Both the position numbers and the translations under genes were made by a program. The notes beneath the pieces are model-generated. The model saw only the letters and a list, made by a program, of their open reading frames with translations. It ran no database searches and was not told the DNA's origin. From Candidatus Oxydemutator sp. (lineage in GTDB: Bacteria; Pseudomonadota; Gammaproteobacteria; Poriferisulfidales; Oxydemutatoraceae), in contig OZ241883.1 of assembly GCA_965203445.1 (NCBI GenBank), forward strand, positions 1,600,001 to 1,664,000: DNA of 64,000 nt. Direction: 5' to 3'. Positions within the stretch are counted from its first letter, which is position 1, and each line of letters starts with the position of its first letter. This document shows positions 22,187 to 31,702 of this stretch, in pieces.

Positions 22187-25100
22187 ATGAGTATGTTCAA
22201 AAAAGATATATCTTACATTTTGTTCGTGGCAGTATTGCTCGGGGCCAGTTTGCCCTCGGCATCACTTGCCCAGGCTTTGCGTACTTCTGACAGTCCGCCA
22301 TGCCCGAGCACGGGCACAGATTGCTTGATTTTTACTACATACATGGACAATGAGAGAGTTGTACCCAATTCTGGTAGTCCCAGTGGATATGACTATGCCT
22401 TTGATCTCTCCTACTCGGTTAACAGTAACATAAGGCTTGGAGCTCTGGTTGTGGCTAATAGGAATACTGTATATCAATCAGGTGATAGCCTGCCACTTCT
22501 GATGCATAATATAGAGACGATCATCGGATTTGATAGAGATGTATTTGTAGTCACTGAAAGCGCGATAACTATAGCTTATGCCGAGGGTGCGAGCATCTTT
22601 GATCCAGACTCTGAGGATTCTTCGTTTACTAGGGAGGTTGCTCCTGGAGTATCCATAACAGCCCCCAGCTACCAACATCCCTCCCTGGACGGTCGTCCTG
22701 GTGTTACGGCTCGCATACTCCTCAGTGCTGACCAGCGGCTGTCAGTATCAATACAGGGAGACGCTCGAACCCCTATCGGTGCAACTCCACTATATGACTT
22801 TGGCAATGGCAGCAGAAGGGTACTTTTTAACATTCGCATACCTATTAGGAATGCCGCGAATTTCAACGCTGCGGCGACTAGCGCTGACGCAGATATCTTT
22901 ATGAGTAGAGGGGGTGCTGGGATAGGCGAAAGCAGTATTCTAAACTATGCCAATGCTGTGAGTGATAGGGCTCTAGCACGGTTCGGGGCCACAACAGTAC
23001 GCATACGCCGCCCCAACCCCATCCAGAGTCTGGCGGCGCCGGTGAATTTGGCGGTAAGCTCCCAGAGAGTGGAGGAGGGCCAAGATCTGACGATCACCCT
23101 GAACCGGGGTGCCGCAGTAGCCACTGATACGGATATCACTTTAAGATTGTCGCTTGGAGGGGAGTCCGGCGAGGCGGGACGGGAAGATCTTAACCTCACT
23201 GGTTGGGCGACAAGCGGCACGGTGGCCACAAGAACGGTAACAATGGCCAAGGACGAAAGTAGTGTGTCAATCGATATTCCCGTCATAGACGACATGTTGA
23301 GCGAAGGCGATGAGACCTTTCGCGTTGAGTTTCTCCCGAGCTCCACCGTGGGTCAGGGGGATCCGTCCGCGTTGACCGTGACGATACCGGCCAACGACCC
23401 GATAAGATACTCGATCAGTCCGCCTCCGGGAGATGTGATGGAAGGGAGCGACGCTGAATTTGAGGTCACTTTGGGAGCGGAAACCACCCGGGCATTGATG
23501 CTTGAATATACAGTAGCCGTAGCCGGGGACGGCACTCCCCAGGGCACAACGCCAGACTATACCGATCCAAATAGCGGCAGCATTCTCATTGCTGCCGGGA
23601 GCACCAGGACCACGATCACTATCACGATAAATGGCGACGCGCTGGCGGAAGGTCAGGAGACTTTGACGGTCACGCTGACGGGAGATGCCAACGGCATCGG
23701 CACCGTCGTGCAGGCGAGAGCTACTGCTACTGCGACCATCCCAGAAAACGAGGCCAACGTGCGCGAGTTTTTCGTGGTGGATGGCGACTTCACTGCCCTG
23801 GCCGAAGATGCGGCGGCTGCTCGTAGCTATAATGTCAGTTTCCGGCCGGTCGGCGGCATTTCAGCAAATGCCGATCTGCCCAGCACGACGACCGTCCGCT
23901 GGAGCTTGGTTGGTTCGAGCGCTTCGGGCGCCAACCCGATCGAAGCGGCTGATTTTGCCGAGACTTCCGGCACGCTGACGTTCGCCGCCGGCACCAGCAG
24001 CGTGAAGAACTTCTCGGTTACGGTTACCAATGACAACCTGAACGAAGGCGCAGAAAGCTATCGGGTGAGTCTGCGAGTAGTGAGCGGCGACACCGCCGGC
24101 TCCGCCGGTGTTGATTCTCCGGTCGGCACCGTTGCGGACGACGCTGCCGATACGATAACGGTCGCGTTCACGGCTGGCCCCGTCACCACAATTAACGAAG
24201 GCGAGCACTCCACGCAGACGCTCGTCCGTTCGGGTGGCACGCCCACCGCCGAGAACGTCGTCGTGCCGTTGCTCATCACTCCCGTTGCCATGCAGGATGA
24301 GGTCAGGATAACGAATCCCGTCGGCCTGCGCATCCTGCGTGTGCCGGACGATGTTACCGTTACCGGAGGCGAAACCGGTCTGTACGGCTTTGCGGTGTTC
24401 ACCGCAACCGGCGGCCAATACGCAACGAACGCCACCTTCCAGATTATGGCTTTCAACGACAACCTCCTTGAGGATGCGGAGATGGTGAGTGTGACTATCG
24501 GTGATCCGACGGCCGCTGCGTATAGCAGCGTTCCTGGTGTCGGCAGCGCCGGCACGGTTGCCAGAGCCACGCCTGCTCCGACGTACACCGGAACCATTGC
24601 GGCAAACGACCCGATAACGGTCGCGGTGAATCCGGTGCGGGGGCAGGAACGCGGTGTCGGCGAAGGCAGCAACCTGGGTTACACGATAACGTTTTCCAAC
24701 AACCGGCCGACGGCGGATATAACCGTTGGTATGACGATTGAGGGCATTATCGTTGGTAGCACAACTGGTACGGAAAATGCCGATTTTGACGCGGCGGCGT
24801 CGGGATGGAACACCTCCGCGGCGACGGTTACTACCGACGCCACGATCACCGTGGCCGACGTAGTATTGGGCCGGCCCATCGCACTCCCGACCCTGCGCGT
24901 GGTGACGGGTGATACGGACGACAGAGAGGAGACTTTCCAACTGACCGTGGTTCCGAGCGGGGGTGCTCCAGCGCAAACGGCGGCCATCGCTCGCTTCTCG
25001 CCGCCACAGGTCACCACCACCTCGACGATCTTGCGCATAGACACCGAAGCACCGGGTTTGAACGGCGTGGGTTACGCCACCGACGACCCGACCCGGCGCG

Positions 25101-27385
25101 CGTGGTTGAGATCGGGAGATCCGGAGCTTGCCATCCTGTTGCCATCTGAAGCAGCTGCACCCGCGGGTTCCGGCGCACAGACTGGTGCCATGTTGGGCGG
25201 CTTCAGCGTGATGGTGATGAGCCGCCCCACCGATACGAGAACGGTTAGCGTCCAGGCCATGTATAGCTCGCCCAACGTGATAGTTTTGACACTGCCGCCG
25301 GGTGCTGCGCTTACCGCTGATGACATGGGTGTGTTTGCAAGATACGAATATCCGGGAAGCGGTCTGGGCATATTTGACCGCTCGCTGGAGGCGGGCTTGC
25401 GCCCGGCGGATGACCAGAATCGCAACCAGCAACGCGGCCCGTTGATGATAAGTTTGGCAGCTTTCTCGGAAACCGCCGACACCGACGGCGACGGCATCCC
25501 GGATGCCACCGAGGCCAAGTTGAACGGCGATCCGCTGGACTCGGAGTTGCCGGCCGGCGTGCCGCAAGTTTCAGTGGATGAGGACATGCTCTACTTCGCA
25601 TATTCGGGAATACGTCGACACGGGATTGACACCGCCACGTTGATCAGTCACCTTGGCCTCACGACGACGGGAACGGCGTCGTTCCCGGCAGTGTCGGCAG
25701 AGGCCTATTACCTGGATAGAGGCAACTGCACTGGTGGACAATTCCCTGCAAATTATGACGCGCCGATGGGCGGCTGCGAGCGGGTGAACTTTTGGAACAT
25801 GAAAGCCGGCGAGAATCACAAGATAGGCTGGGTGGTGATGGGCGATGATGTGCCGGAGGGCCATCCCGCGCGAGGCTACTGGTTCACCGCGAACACGCCG
25901 AGCAGGTTGCCGGAGCAGACGGTCTATCGCGTGCCGGAGCTGAACATGCTGTCGCAGCACTTGTTCTTTGCGAGTGGCGCGACCGATAGCGATGCTGTCT
26001 CAATTAAATTTGAGCGCGATGGCCGTGAAACGGATCAATTGACATTTGAGTCGTCCGAGGGGAACACCGAGGAGTTGACTGGGGCACGGTTTTCCCGCGA
26101 AGTTAATAAATCTGATCTCGGTGGTGCTTCGCGCACGTATTCGATTGCGGATTTGGTTGATGCGACACTATATGAGCCGAGCACTGCTGGTCATAGGCCG
26201 GGGGAAAATGATTATTCCTTGGGGCTGGTAACGCAGACGCAAGTTGTCGTGGTACCTGACTCGTACTTGTGGCCAAGGTTCGGGGCGCTGAAGTTGACGA
26301 GGATGGGGAGCACCAGCACCTCCGTGGTCAACTTTGTGGTTCGAGGTGATAGCTACAAGCTGACGGTGGAGATGGAGAACATGGACGATGCGGTGAGGAC
26401 GATACCGCACACGGGTTTCACAAATGTGGAGGGCCACCGCGGGTTTGATCGTGATGATATCAGCACTGATGTGGGTACGTTGACTGTAGATTTCACCGTA
26501 CCCACGGACGCCCCCGAATTATTGTCATTGATGTTGACTGCTTATGCTCCTCACGGTGGCGCGACTAGGAGCGCGGTGTATAGCTGGAGGGTGATTAATA
26601 CTAATGACCGTAATGTGGTGAGGTTGGGCATGCCAGACGATGATGATGACGGTGACGGAATTCCGAATACCCATGATAGATATGAAGATATGGCATTGCC
26701 TGTATTGGTGAAAGATACTGCGGGTGAGGATGGTAGTCACCACATGCGCTTGGCGGTGCCGTTACAGCAGCAGTTGCGCGTCGGCGGACATACGCTCCGC
26801 CGCCTAGAAGAACGGAGCACACAGACGGTGACATACGCACTCCACTCTGCGTCGGCGAACAAAGGTGAAAAAGTGAGGTATAACTTCGAGATCCATGGCG
26901 TGGATTACGACGTGGGTGAGGATGGCAACACCACCGGCGGCATGGCCACTGTGTTTGTTAAACTGCCAGAGTCGTCTTTTAGCCGTGGCTTACAGCTGGC
27001 GAAGTTCGCTGACGAGGATATCAGCGCTCATAGGCACCTTTTTTCTGTCTACAAGGCCGAGGGTCATGGCGAGTATGGTTTTGAGTCTTCGCGTCTTGGC
27101 GAAGACTGTCCCGTTCCCAACGGTAATAATTATAAAGCCACGGAGAGGGGAGAGCACGACTGTCTCATGGTGCGGATAAGGGATGGCGGTCGCCACGATG
27201 AGGATTGCTGGAGCGACGGAAGCTACGATATGGAGTGCAGGCCAAACGGCATCATACGCGACCCGCTGGGCTTTGGCCGAGATGCTCCGGGTGGCGGCAG
27301 TGGCGGCAGCGTCGGCCTGTTGGGTATTGCCCTGCTGATGTTGGCCTTGGCGGCAACCCTGCTGCGCCGTCGTCGCGTGCACTGA
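22187..27385 (+). CDS. Large surface-anchored protein: signal peptide, novel (possibly cohesin-like) N-domain, Calx-beta repeats, SwmB-like domain, TSP3-like DxDGDG motifs, choice-of-anchor-U-like domain, GlyGly-CTERM tail
   Basis: GGAGA RBS precedes the ATG at 22187 (the ORF track extends to a TTG at 22109). Signal peptide MSMFKKDISYILFVAVLLGASLPSASLA; Calx-beta motifs; DTDGDGIPD and DDDGDGIPN; IRDGGRHDED..NGIIRDP; terminal GGGSGGSVG + hydrophobic helix + RRRR. Confidence 0.85.
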   Translation: MSMFKKDISYILFVAVLLGASLPSASLAQALRTSDSPPCPSTGTDCLIFTTYMDNERVVPNSGSPSGYDYAFDLSYSVNSNIRLGALVVANRNTVYQSGDSLPLLMHNIETIIGFDRDVFVVTESAITIAYAEGASIFDPDSEDSSFTREVAPGVSITAPSYQHPSLDGRPGVTARILLSADQRLSVSIQGDARTPIGATPLYDFGNGSRRVLFNIRIPIRNAANFNAAATSADADIFMSRGGAGIGESSILNYANAVSDRALARFGATTVRIRRPNPIQSLAAPVNLAVSSQRVEEGQDLTITLNRGAAVATDTDITLRLSLGGESGEAGREDLNLTGWATSGTVATRTVTMAKDESSVSIDIPVIDDMLSEGDETFRVEFLPSSTVGQGDPSALTVTIPANDPIRYSISPPPGDVMEGSDAEFEVTLGAETTRALMLEYTVAVAGDGTPQGTTPDYTDPNSGSILIAAGSTRTTITITINGDALAEGQETLTVTLTGDANGIGTVVQARATATATIPENEANVREFFVVDGDFTALAEDAAAARSYNVSFRPVGGISANADLPSTTTVRWSLVGSSASGANPIEAADFAETSGTLTFAAGTSSVKNFSVTVTNDNLNEGAESYRVSLRVVSGDTAGSAGVDSPVGTVADDAADTITVAFTAGPVTTINEGEHSTQTLVRSGGTPTAENVVVPLLITPVAMQDEVRITNPVGLRILRVPDDVTVTGGETGLYGFAVFTATGGQYATNATFQIMAFNDNLLEDAEMVSVTIGDPTAAAYSSVPGVGSAGTVARATPAPTYTGTIAANDPITVAVNPVRGQERGVGEGSNLGYTITFSNNRPTADITVGMTIEGIIVGSTTGTENADFDAAASGWNTSAATVTTDATITVADVVLGRPIALPTLRVVTGDTDDREETFQLTVVPSGGAPAQTAAIARFSPPQVTTTSTILRIDTEAPGLNGVGYATDDPTRRAWLRSGDPELAILLPSEAAAPAGSGAQTGAMLGGFSVMVMSRPTDTRTVSVQAMYSSPNVIVLTLPPGAALTADDMGVFARYEYPGSGLGIFDRSLEAGLRPADDQNRNQQRGPLMISLAAFSETADTDGDGIPDATEAKLNGDPLDSELPAGVPQVSVDEDMLYFAYSGIRRHGIDTATLISHLGLTTTGTASFPAVSAEAYYLDRGNCTGGQFPANYDAPMGGCERVNFWNMKAGENHKIGWVVMGDDVPEGHPARGYWFTANTPSRLPEQTVYRVPELNMLSQHLFFASGATDSDAVSIKFERDGRETDQLTFESSEGNTEELTGARFSREVNKSDLGGASRTYSIADLVDATLYEPSTAGHRPGENDYSLGLVTQTQVVVVPDSYLWPRFGALKLTRMGSTSTSVVNFVVRGDSYKLTVEMENMDDAVRTIPHTGFTNVEGHRGFDRDDISTDVGTLTVDFTVPTDAPELLSLMLTAYAPHGGATRSAVYSWRVINTNDRNVVRLGMPDDDDDGDGIPNTHDRYEDMALPVLVKDTAGEDGSHHMRLAVPLQQQLRVGGHTLRRLEERSTQTVTYALHSASANKGEKVRYNFEIHGVDYDVGEDGNTTGGMATVFVKLPESSFSRGLQLAKFADEDISAHRHLFSVYKAEGHGEYGFESSRLGEDCPVPNGNNYKATERGEHDCLMVRIRDGGRHDEDCWSDGSYDMECRPNGIIRDPLGFGRDAPGGGSGGSVGLLGIALLMLALAATLLRRRRVH

Positions 27386-27396
27386 TAACCCCGTTC

Positions 27397-27441
27397 CAGC
27401 CGGCCCGCACCCCCACCTCCGCGGGCCGGCTGCTTTCCTTT
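27397..27441 (+). terminator. Rho-independent terminator after the adhesin pair
   Basis: CAGCCGGCCCGC...GCGGGCCGGCTG 12-bp stem followed by CTTTCCTTT. Confidence 0.65.
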
Positions 27442-27509
27442 CACCTAGATATCCCCATCAAACTCTCTCCCTCTGGGAGGGAAACAGCATGCAAACGTGA
27501 ACCCCCGCC

Positions 27510-28034
27510 ATGACTGACGCCCCCGCCACCCCCCTGGTCGGCCTGGTCATGGGCAGTGCCGGCGACTGGCCGGTTATGCGCGTTGCCGCCGAATACCTCG
27601 AACGCTTTTCGGTGGCCTATGAAAAACGCATCGTGTCGGCGCATCGCACGCCGGAACAGATGTTCGACTACGCGCGCACCGCCGACGAACGCGGCCTGCG
27701 CTGCATCATCGCCGGCGCCGGCGGCGCCGCCCATCTGCCGGGTATGATCGCCGCGCTCACGACTCTGCCGGTGCTCGGCGTGCCGGTGCCCGGACGCCAC
27801 CTGTCCGGCTACGACTCGCTGTTGTCCATCGTCCAGATGCCGAAGGGCGTTCCGGTTGCGACCTTCGCCGTCGGCGAGGCCGGCGCCGCCAACGCCGCGC
27901 TGTTCGCCTGCGCGCTGCTGGCAGGTGAGGGCGCGCCCCAGGCCGCGCCCGGTGCCGCATCTTTGGGCGAGGCGCTGCGGCGCTACCGAGACGAGCAACG
28001 CCAAAGCGTCCTGCAAGCGACCCTGCCCGACTGA
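27510..28034 (+). CDS. purE: N5-carboxyaminoimidazole ribonucleotide mutase
   Basis: [48 protein letters not shown] motifs. Confidence 0.97.
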   Translation: MTDAPATPLVGLVMGSAGDWPVMRVAAEYLERFSVAYEKRIVSAHRTPEQMFDYARTADERGLRCIIAGAGGAAHLPGMIAALTTLPVLGVPVPGRHLSGYDSLLSIVQMPKGVPVATFAVGEAGAANAALFACALLAGEGAPQAAPGAASLGEALRRYRDEQRQSVLQATLPD

Positions 28035-29194
28035 TGTTGGCGCCCGGCGCCACGCTGGGAGTGCTCGGCGGCGGCCAGCTCGGGCGCATGTTCGTCGCCG
28101 CCGCGCGCACGATGGGCTATCGCAGCGCGGTGCTCGACCCCGACCGCGACAGCCCCGCGGGCGCCGTCGCCGATCACCACTTGCGCGCCGACTATACCGA
28201 CGAACAAGCCCTCGCGCGCTTCGCGCGTACGTGCGACGCGGTTACCACCGAGTTCGAGAACGTGCCGGCCGCGGCGCTCGAACGCCTGCGCCGCGACGTG
28301 CCGGTGCGTCCCGGCGTGCTGGCGCTGGGTCTGGCCCAGGATCGCATCGCCGAGAAGAACTTTCTGCGCACCGCCGGCATCGCGACCGTGCCGTACGCCG
28401 AGGTGCGCGACGCCGACGACCTGGCCGATGCGCTGCGGCGGCTGACGCCGCCGCTGATCCTGAAGCGCGCGCGCCTGGGCTACGACGGCAAGGGACAGAT
28501 CGAAGTGCGCGACGCGCGCGAGGCGCGGCGCGCGTTCGCGGCCGTGGCCGGCGACGCGGGCGCCGTCGCCTGCGTCGCCGAGCAGCGCGTCGAACTGGCC
28601 GCCGAGATTTCGGTGATTCTGGCGCGCGCGCCCGACGGCCGCTGCACCTTCTTCCCGGTGGCCGAGAACCGCCACCGCGACGGCATACTCCATTCCACCT
28701 CGGTGCCGGCGTCGGTGCCGCGAGCGACGCAGGACGCCGCGCGCGCGCAGGCCGCGCACGCGGCCGCCGCGATGGACTACCAGGGCGTATTGGCGATCGA
28801 GTTTTTCATCACGCGCACCGGCGAGCTGCTGGCCAACGAGTTTGCGCCGCGCCCGCACAACAGCGGCCACTACACGTTGGACGCCTGCGCGGCGTCGCAA
28901 TTCGATCAACAGGTGCGGATGACGTGCGCGCTGGCCGCGGCTGATACGCGCCTGCTGACGCCGGTGGTCATGGTCAACCTGCTGGGCGACTTGTGGGGCG
29001 CGGGCGAGCCGGCATGGGACGTGCTGCTGCGTGAACCGCACGCGCGCCTGCACCTGTACGGCAAACGCCACGCGCGCCGCGGGCGCAAGATGGGACACTT
29101 CTGCCTGCTCGGCGACGACGTCGCGGCGTTGCGCGCGCAAGCCTGCGACATCCACCGGCGTCTCGCCCGCCAGACTTCCCACCAGACACAATGA
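28034..29194 (+). CDS. purK: N5-carboxyaminoimidazole ribonucleotide synthase
   Basis: LGVLGGGQLGRM, TTEFENVP, GYDGKGQ, NEFAPRPHNSGH, HLYGK..RKMGH; follows purE. Confidence 0.97.
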   Translation: MLAPGATLGVLGGGQLGRMFVAAARTMGYRSAVLDPDRDSPAGAVADHHLRADYTDEQALARFARTCDAVTTEFENVPAAALERLRRDVPVRPGVLALGLAQDRIAEKNFLRTAGIATVPYAEVRDADDLADALRRLTPPLILKRARLGYDGKGQIEVRDAREARRAFAAVAGDAGAVACVAEQRVELAAEISVILARAPDGRCTFFPVAENRHRDGILHSTSVPASVPRATQDAARAQAAHAAAAMDYQGVLAIEFFITRTGELLANEFAPRPHNSGHYTLDACAASQFDQQVRMTCALAAADTRLLTPVVMVNLLGDLWGAGEPAWDVLLREPHARLHLYGKRHARRGRKMGHFCLLGDDVAALRAQACDIHRRLARQTSHQTQ

Positions 29195-29707
29195 CGCGCG
29201 AGTTCGACGCTTTTCGCATCCGCTACGACGCCGGCGCGTTCCATGCCGGCATCGAGAACACCAGCGTCGCCGCTCCCGCCGCCGGCGCGCTCCACCGGCG
29301 TCTCGCCCGCCAGACTTCCCGCCAGACGCAATGACGCGCGAGTTCGACGCTTTTCGTATCCGTTGCGCCGCCGGCGCGTTCCATGCCGGCATCGAGAACA
29401 CCAGCGTCGCCGCTCCCGCCGCCGGCGCGCTCCACCGGCGTCTCACCCGCCAGACTTCCTGCCAGACGCAATGACACGCGAGTTCGACGCATTCCGCATC
29501 CGTTGCGCCGCCGGCGCGTTCCATGCCGGCATCGAGAACACCAGCGTCGCCGCTCCCGCCGCCGGCGCGCTCTACCGGCGTCTCGCCCGCCAGACTTTCC
29601 ACCAGACGCAATGATGCGCGAGTTCGACGCATTCCGCATCCGTTGCGCCGCCGGCGCGTTCCATGCCGGCATCGAGAACACCAGCGTCGCCGCTCCCGCC
29701 GCCGGCG
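29151..29707 (+). repeat. Four tandem ~140-bp copies spanning the purK 3' end and the reductase 5' end; encode three 47-aa ATGA-coupled mini-ORFs (29191-29334, 29331-29474, 29471-29614)
   Basis: Units start at 29151, 29291, 29431 and 29571 (TC[C/T]ACCGGCGTCTC..CAATGA..GAGTTCGACGC..), with few SNPs. Confidence 0.93.
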
Positions 29708-30615
29708 AGGTGCTGATCGCCGTCGACTATTCCGGCGTCAATTATAAGGACGCGCTGGCCGGCGCCGGCGCCGCAAAAATTACACGCACCAGCCCGCTGA
29801 CCGGCGGCATAGACCTGGCCGGCGTCGTCGCCGAGAGCGCCGCGCCGGCGCTGGCGCCGGGAACCGCGGTGCTGGTTCACGGCAGCGGGTTGAGCGAGAC
29901 CCGCGACGGCGGCTACGCGCCGTACGCGCTGGTGCCGGCCGATCTGGTCGTGCCGATTCCGATGCCCCTCGATACGCGCACCGCGATGATCATCGGCACC
30001 GCCGGCTTCACCGCGGCCCTTGCGATAGAGCGTATGCGCGACAACGGGCAGCGCCCCGATGGCGGCCCGGTGCTGGTAACCGGTGCCAGCGGCGGCGTCG
30101 GCAGCTTCGCGGTGCATCTGCTTGCGAAACTCGGCTTTGAGGTCGTCGCCGCGACGCGCAAGCCCGGCGCGCGCGATTACCTGCACAAGCTCGGCGCGGC
30201 GTGTGTTATCGGCGCGCCCGAATCCTCGTCGCGCGCGCCGGCCCGCGCGCTGGACAAGGCCCAATGGGGCGGCGCGATAGACAACCTGGGCGGCGGTGCG
30301 CTGGCCGTCGCGGTGGCCGCGACGCGCCCGTGGGGCAACGTCGTAAGCGTCGGTCTGGCGCAGTCGCAGTCGCTGCCGCTGACGGTGATGCCGTTCATCA
30401 TACGCGGCGTCAGCCTGCTCGGCGTCACCTCCGCGAATTGCCCGATGCACCGGAAAAGGCACATATGGGAACTGCTCGCGGGAGAAATGCACCCAAACTG
30501 CCTGGACGACATGCTCGCCGATACAAAAACCCTGCAAGACCTGCCCGCCTGCTTCCAACGCCTCCTCTCCGGCAAACAACAAGGTCGCACCCTGATCCGC
30601 TGCCGCAAGGAGTAG
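29611..30615 (+). CDS. acuI: YhdH/AcuI family acryloyl-CoA reductase (MDR quinone oxidoreductase)
   Basis: YSGVNYKDALA, GIDLAG, IGTAGFTAAL, VLVTGASGGVGS, TVMPFIIRGVSLLG. The true start is the ATG in the last 140-bp copy, not 29383. Confidence 0.85.
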   Translation: MMREFDAFRIRCAAGAFHAGIENTSVAAPAAGEVLIAVDYSGVNYKDALAGAGAAKITRTSPLTGGIDLAGVVAESAAPALAPGTAVLVHGSGLSETRDGGYAPYALVPADLVVPIPMPLDTRTAMIIGTAGFTAALAIERMRDNGQRPDGGPVLVTGASGGVGSFAVHLLAKLGFEVVAATRKPGARDYLHKLGAACVIGAPESSSRAPARALDKAQWGGAIDNLGGGALAVAVAATRPWGNVVSVGLAQSQSLPLTVMPFIIRGVSLLGVTSANCPMHRKRHIWELLAGEMHPNCLDDMLADTKTLQDLPACFQRLLSGKQQGRTLIRCRKE

Positions 30616-30633
30616 CAGCAACCTCCATTCGTA

Positions 30634-30705
30634 CTCCTTCTCCCTCTGGCAGAGAGCTTGATCGGCAAGCCCTGACGTAACCCTCTCCCCCTAGGAGAGG
30701 GTGGG
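30634..30705. repeat. REP/BoxC-like palindromic element (CCCTCTCCC..GGAGAGGG); related half-copy at ~27463-27481
   Basis: ACCCTCTCCCCCTAGGAGAGGGT hairpin plus CTCCCTCTGGCAGAGAG; CTCTCCCTCTGGGAGGG upstream of purE. Confidence 0.4.
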
Positions 30706-30725
30706 CGGATTCCATGAGGGCCGCA

Positions 30726-30740
30726 GGACATTTGTGCTTT
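30726..30740 (+). repeat. 15-bp direct repeat GGACATTTGTGCTTT, copy 1
   Basis: Identical copies at 35954-35968 and 36359-36373. Confidence 0.85.
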
Positions 30741-30818
30741 CGTTTGATAATCCAGTCCGTTATATACAACTGCACCGCAAGCGTCCGGGTCGTCGATTCC
30801 ATCAATGATCGAACCGCC

Positions 30819-30867
30819 GTACCGTTCGTCGGAAATTTCTTGCAGGGCGCGCGCGCTGCTATAAAAT
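30819..30867 (+). promoter_or_regulatory. Promoter of the nuclease array: AlgR/LytTR-type box ACCGTTCGTC + sigma70 -35/-10, probably leaderless
   Basis: ACCGTTCGTC at 30821-30830; TTGCAG at 30840-30845; 16-bp spacer; TAAAAT at 30862-30867; ATG at 30875, 7 nt later. Confidence 0.6.
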
Positions 30868-30874
30868 GGCGGCC

Positions 30875-31702
30875 ATGAACAACGTGCATGACATACGGCA
30901 CTACCGGATTGCCGAGAAGCGCCCGGATCCATATTCGGATGCGGCGTCGCGCGCGCGCTGGGCGCGGATCGAGGCGGCCCAGGAAGAGATACAAAGGGCG
31001 ATAGCGGCGACCGACCGGCAACTGGAAGAGACCGCCAAGGAGGTAAAGGAAGCCGCCAGAGTGTCCCGGGAGTCTATCCAGGAACTCTCCAAGGAGGTAA
31101 AGGAGACCGCCAGAGTGTCCCGGGAGTCCATCCAGGAACTCTCCAAGGAGGTAAAGGAAACCGCCAGAGTGTCCCGGGAGTCCATCCAGAAACTTTCCAG
31201 GCAAGTGGAAGAGACTTCCAAGGAAGTAAAGGAAACCACCAGAGCGGTAAAGGATCTCAACAAGAAAGTCGGGGGCGCGGGGCAAGTTCGGGGGCGCATC
31301 ACCGAGGAGTTTTTCTATAAGGCGTTGCGCGAGGAGCGGCGTATCGGCGCGTTGAAGTTCGACGATATATACCTGAACTTCGAGGCAAAGCGCGATGGTC
31401 GGAGAACCGAATATGACCTGCTGTTGACCAACGGCGAATTGGTGGCGGTGGTCGAGGTCAAGCACAATCTGCGCCTCGACAACGTGGAGGATATGCGCAA
31501 GATACGTGCGCCGCACGCCCGTTATTATCTGCGCCGTTTCAGCGACAAGAAGATGTTGTTTGTGATGGCGTATATGACTGCGGACACCCAGGCGGTGGCC
31601 CTGGCGCACGAATGCGGCTACGCGACGCTGTCGCCGGATGGTCAGAAGGCGCGCGCGGACATAAGTTGCGTGCGCTACGTCGAGTGTGAGGAACAATCAT
31701 GA
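30875..31702 (+). CDS. Coiled-coil + PD-(D/E)XK nuclease (DUF3782-like), array copy 1 (275 aa; three 18-aa stalk repeats)
   Basis: Heptad stalk, then G.ITEEFFYKAL..KFDDI..EYDLLLTNG..VVEVK. The start at MNNVHD matches MSNVHD of the other copies (ORF track starts 30866). Confidence 0.85.
   Translation: MNNVHDIRHYRIAEKRPDPYSDAASRARWARIEAAQEEIQRAIAATDRQLEETAKEVKEAARVSRESIQELSKEVKETARVSRESIQELSKEVKETARVSRESIQKLSRQVEETSKEVKETTRAVKDLNKKVGGAGQVRGRITEEFFYKALREERRIGALKFDDIYLNFEAKRDGRRTEYDLLLTNGELVAVVEVKHNLRLDNVEDMRKIRAPHARYYLRRFSDKKMLFVMAYMTADTQAVALAHECGYATLSPDGQKARADISCVRYVECEEQS

Noticed and set aside
29383-29610. 76-aa N-terminal extension of the reductase in the ORF track
   Set aside because: It is read-through of repeat copies in shifted frames; family similarity begins at the ATG at 29611.
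29151-29707. 140-bp repeats as a CRISPR array or MITE
   Set aside because: There are no unique spacers or terminal inverted repeats, and the unit is clearly derived from the purK/acuI coding junction.
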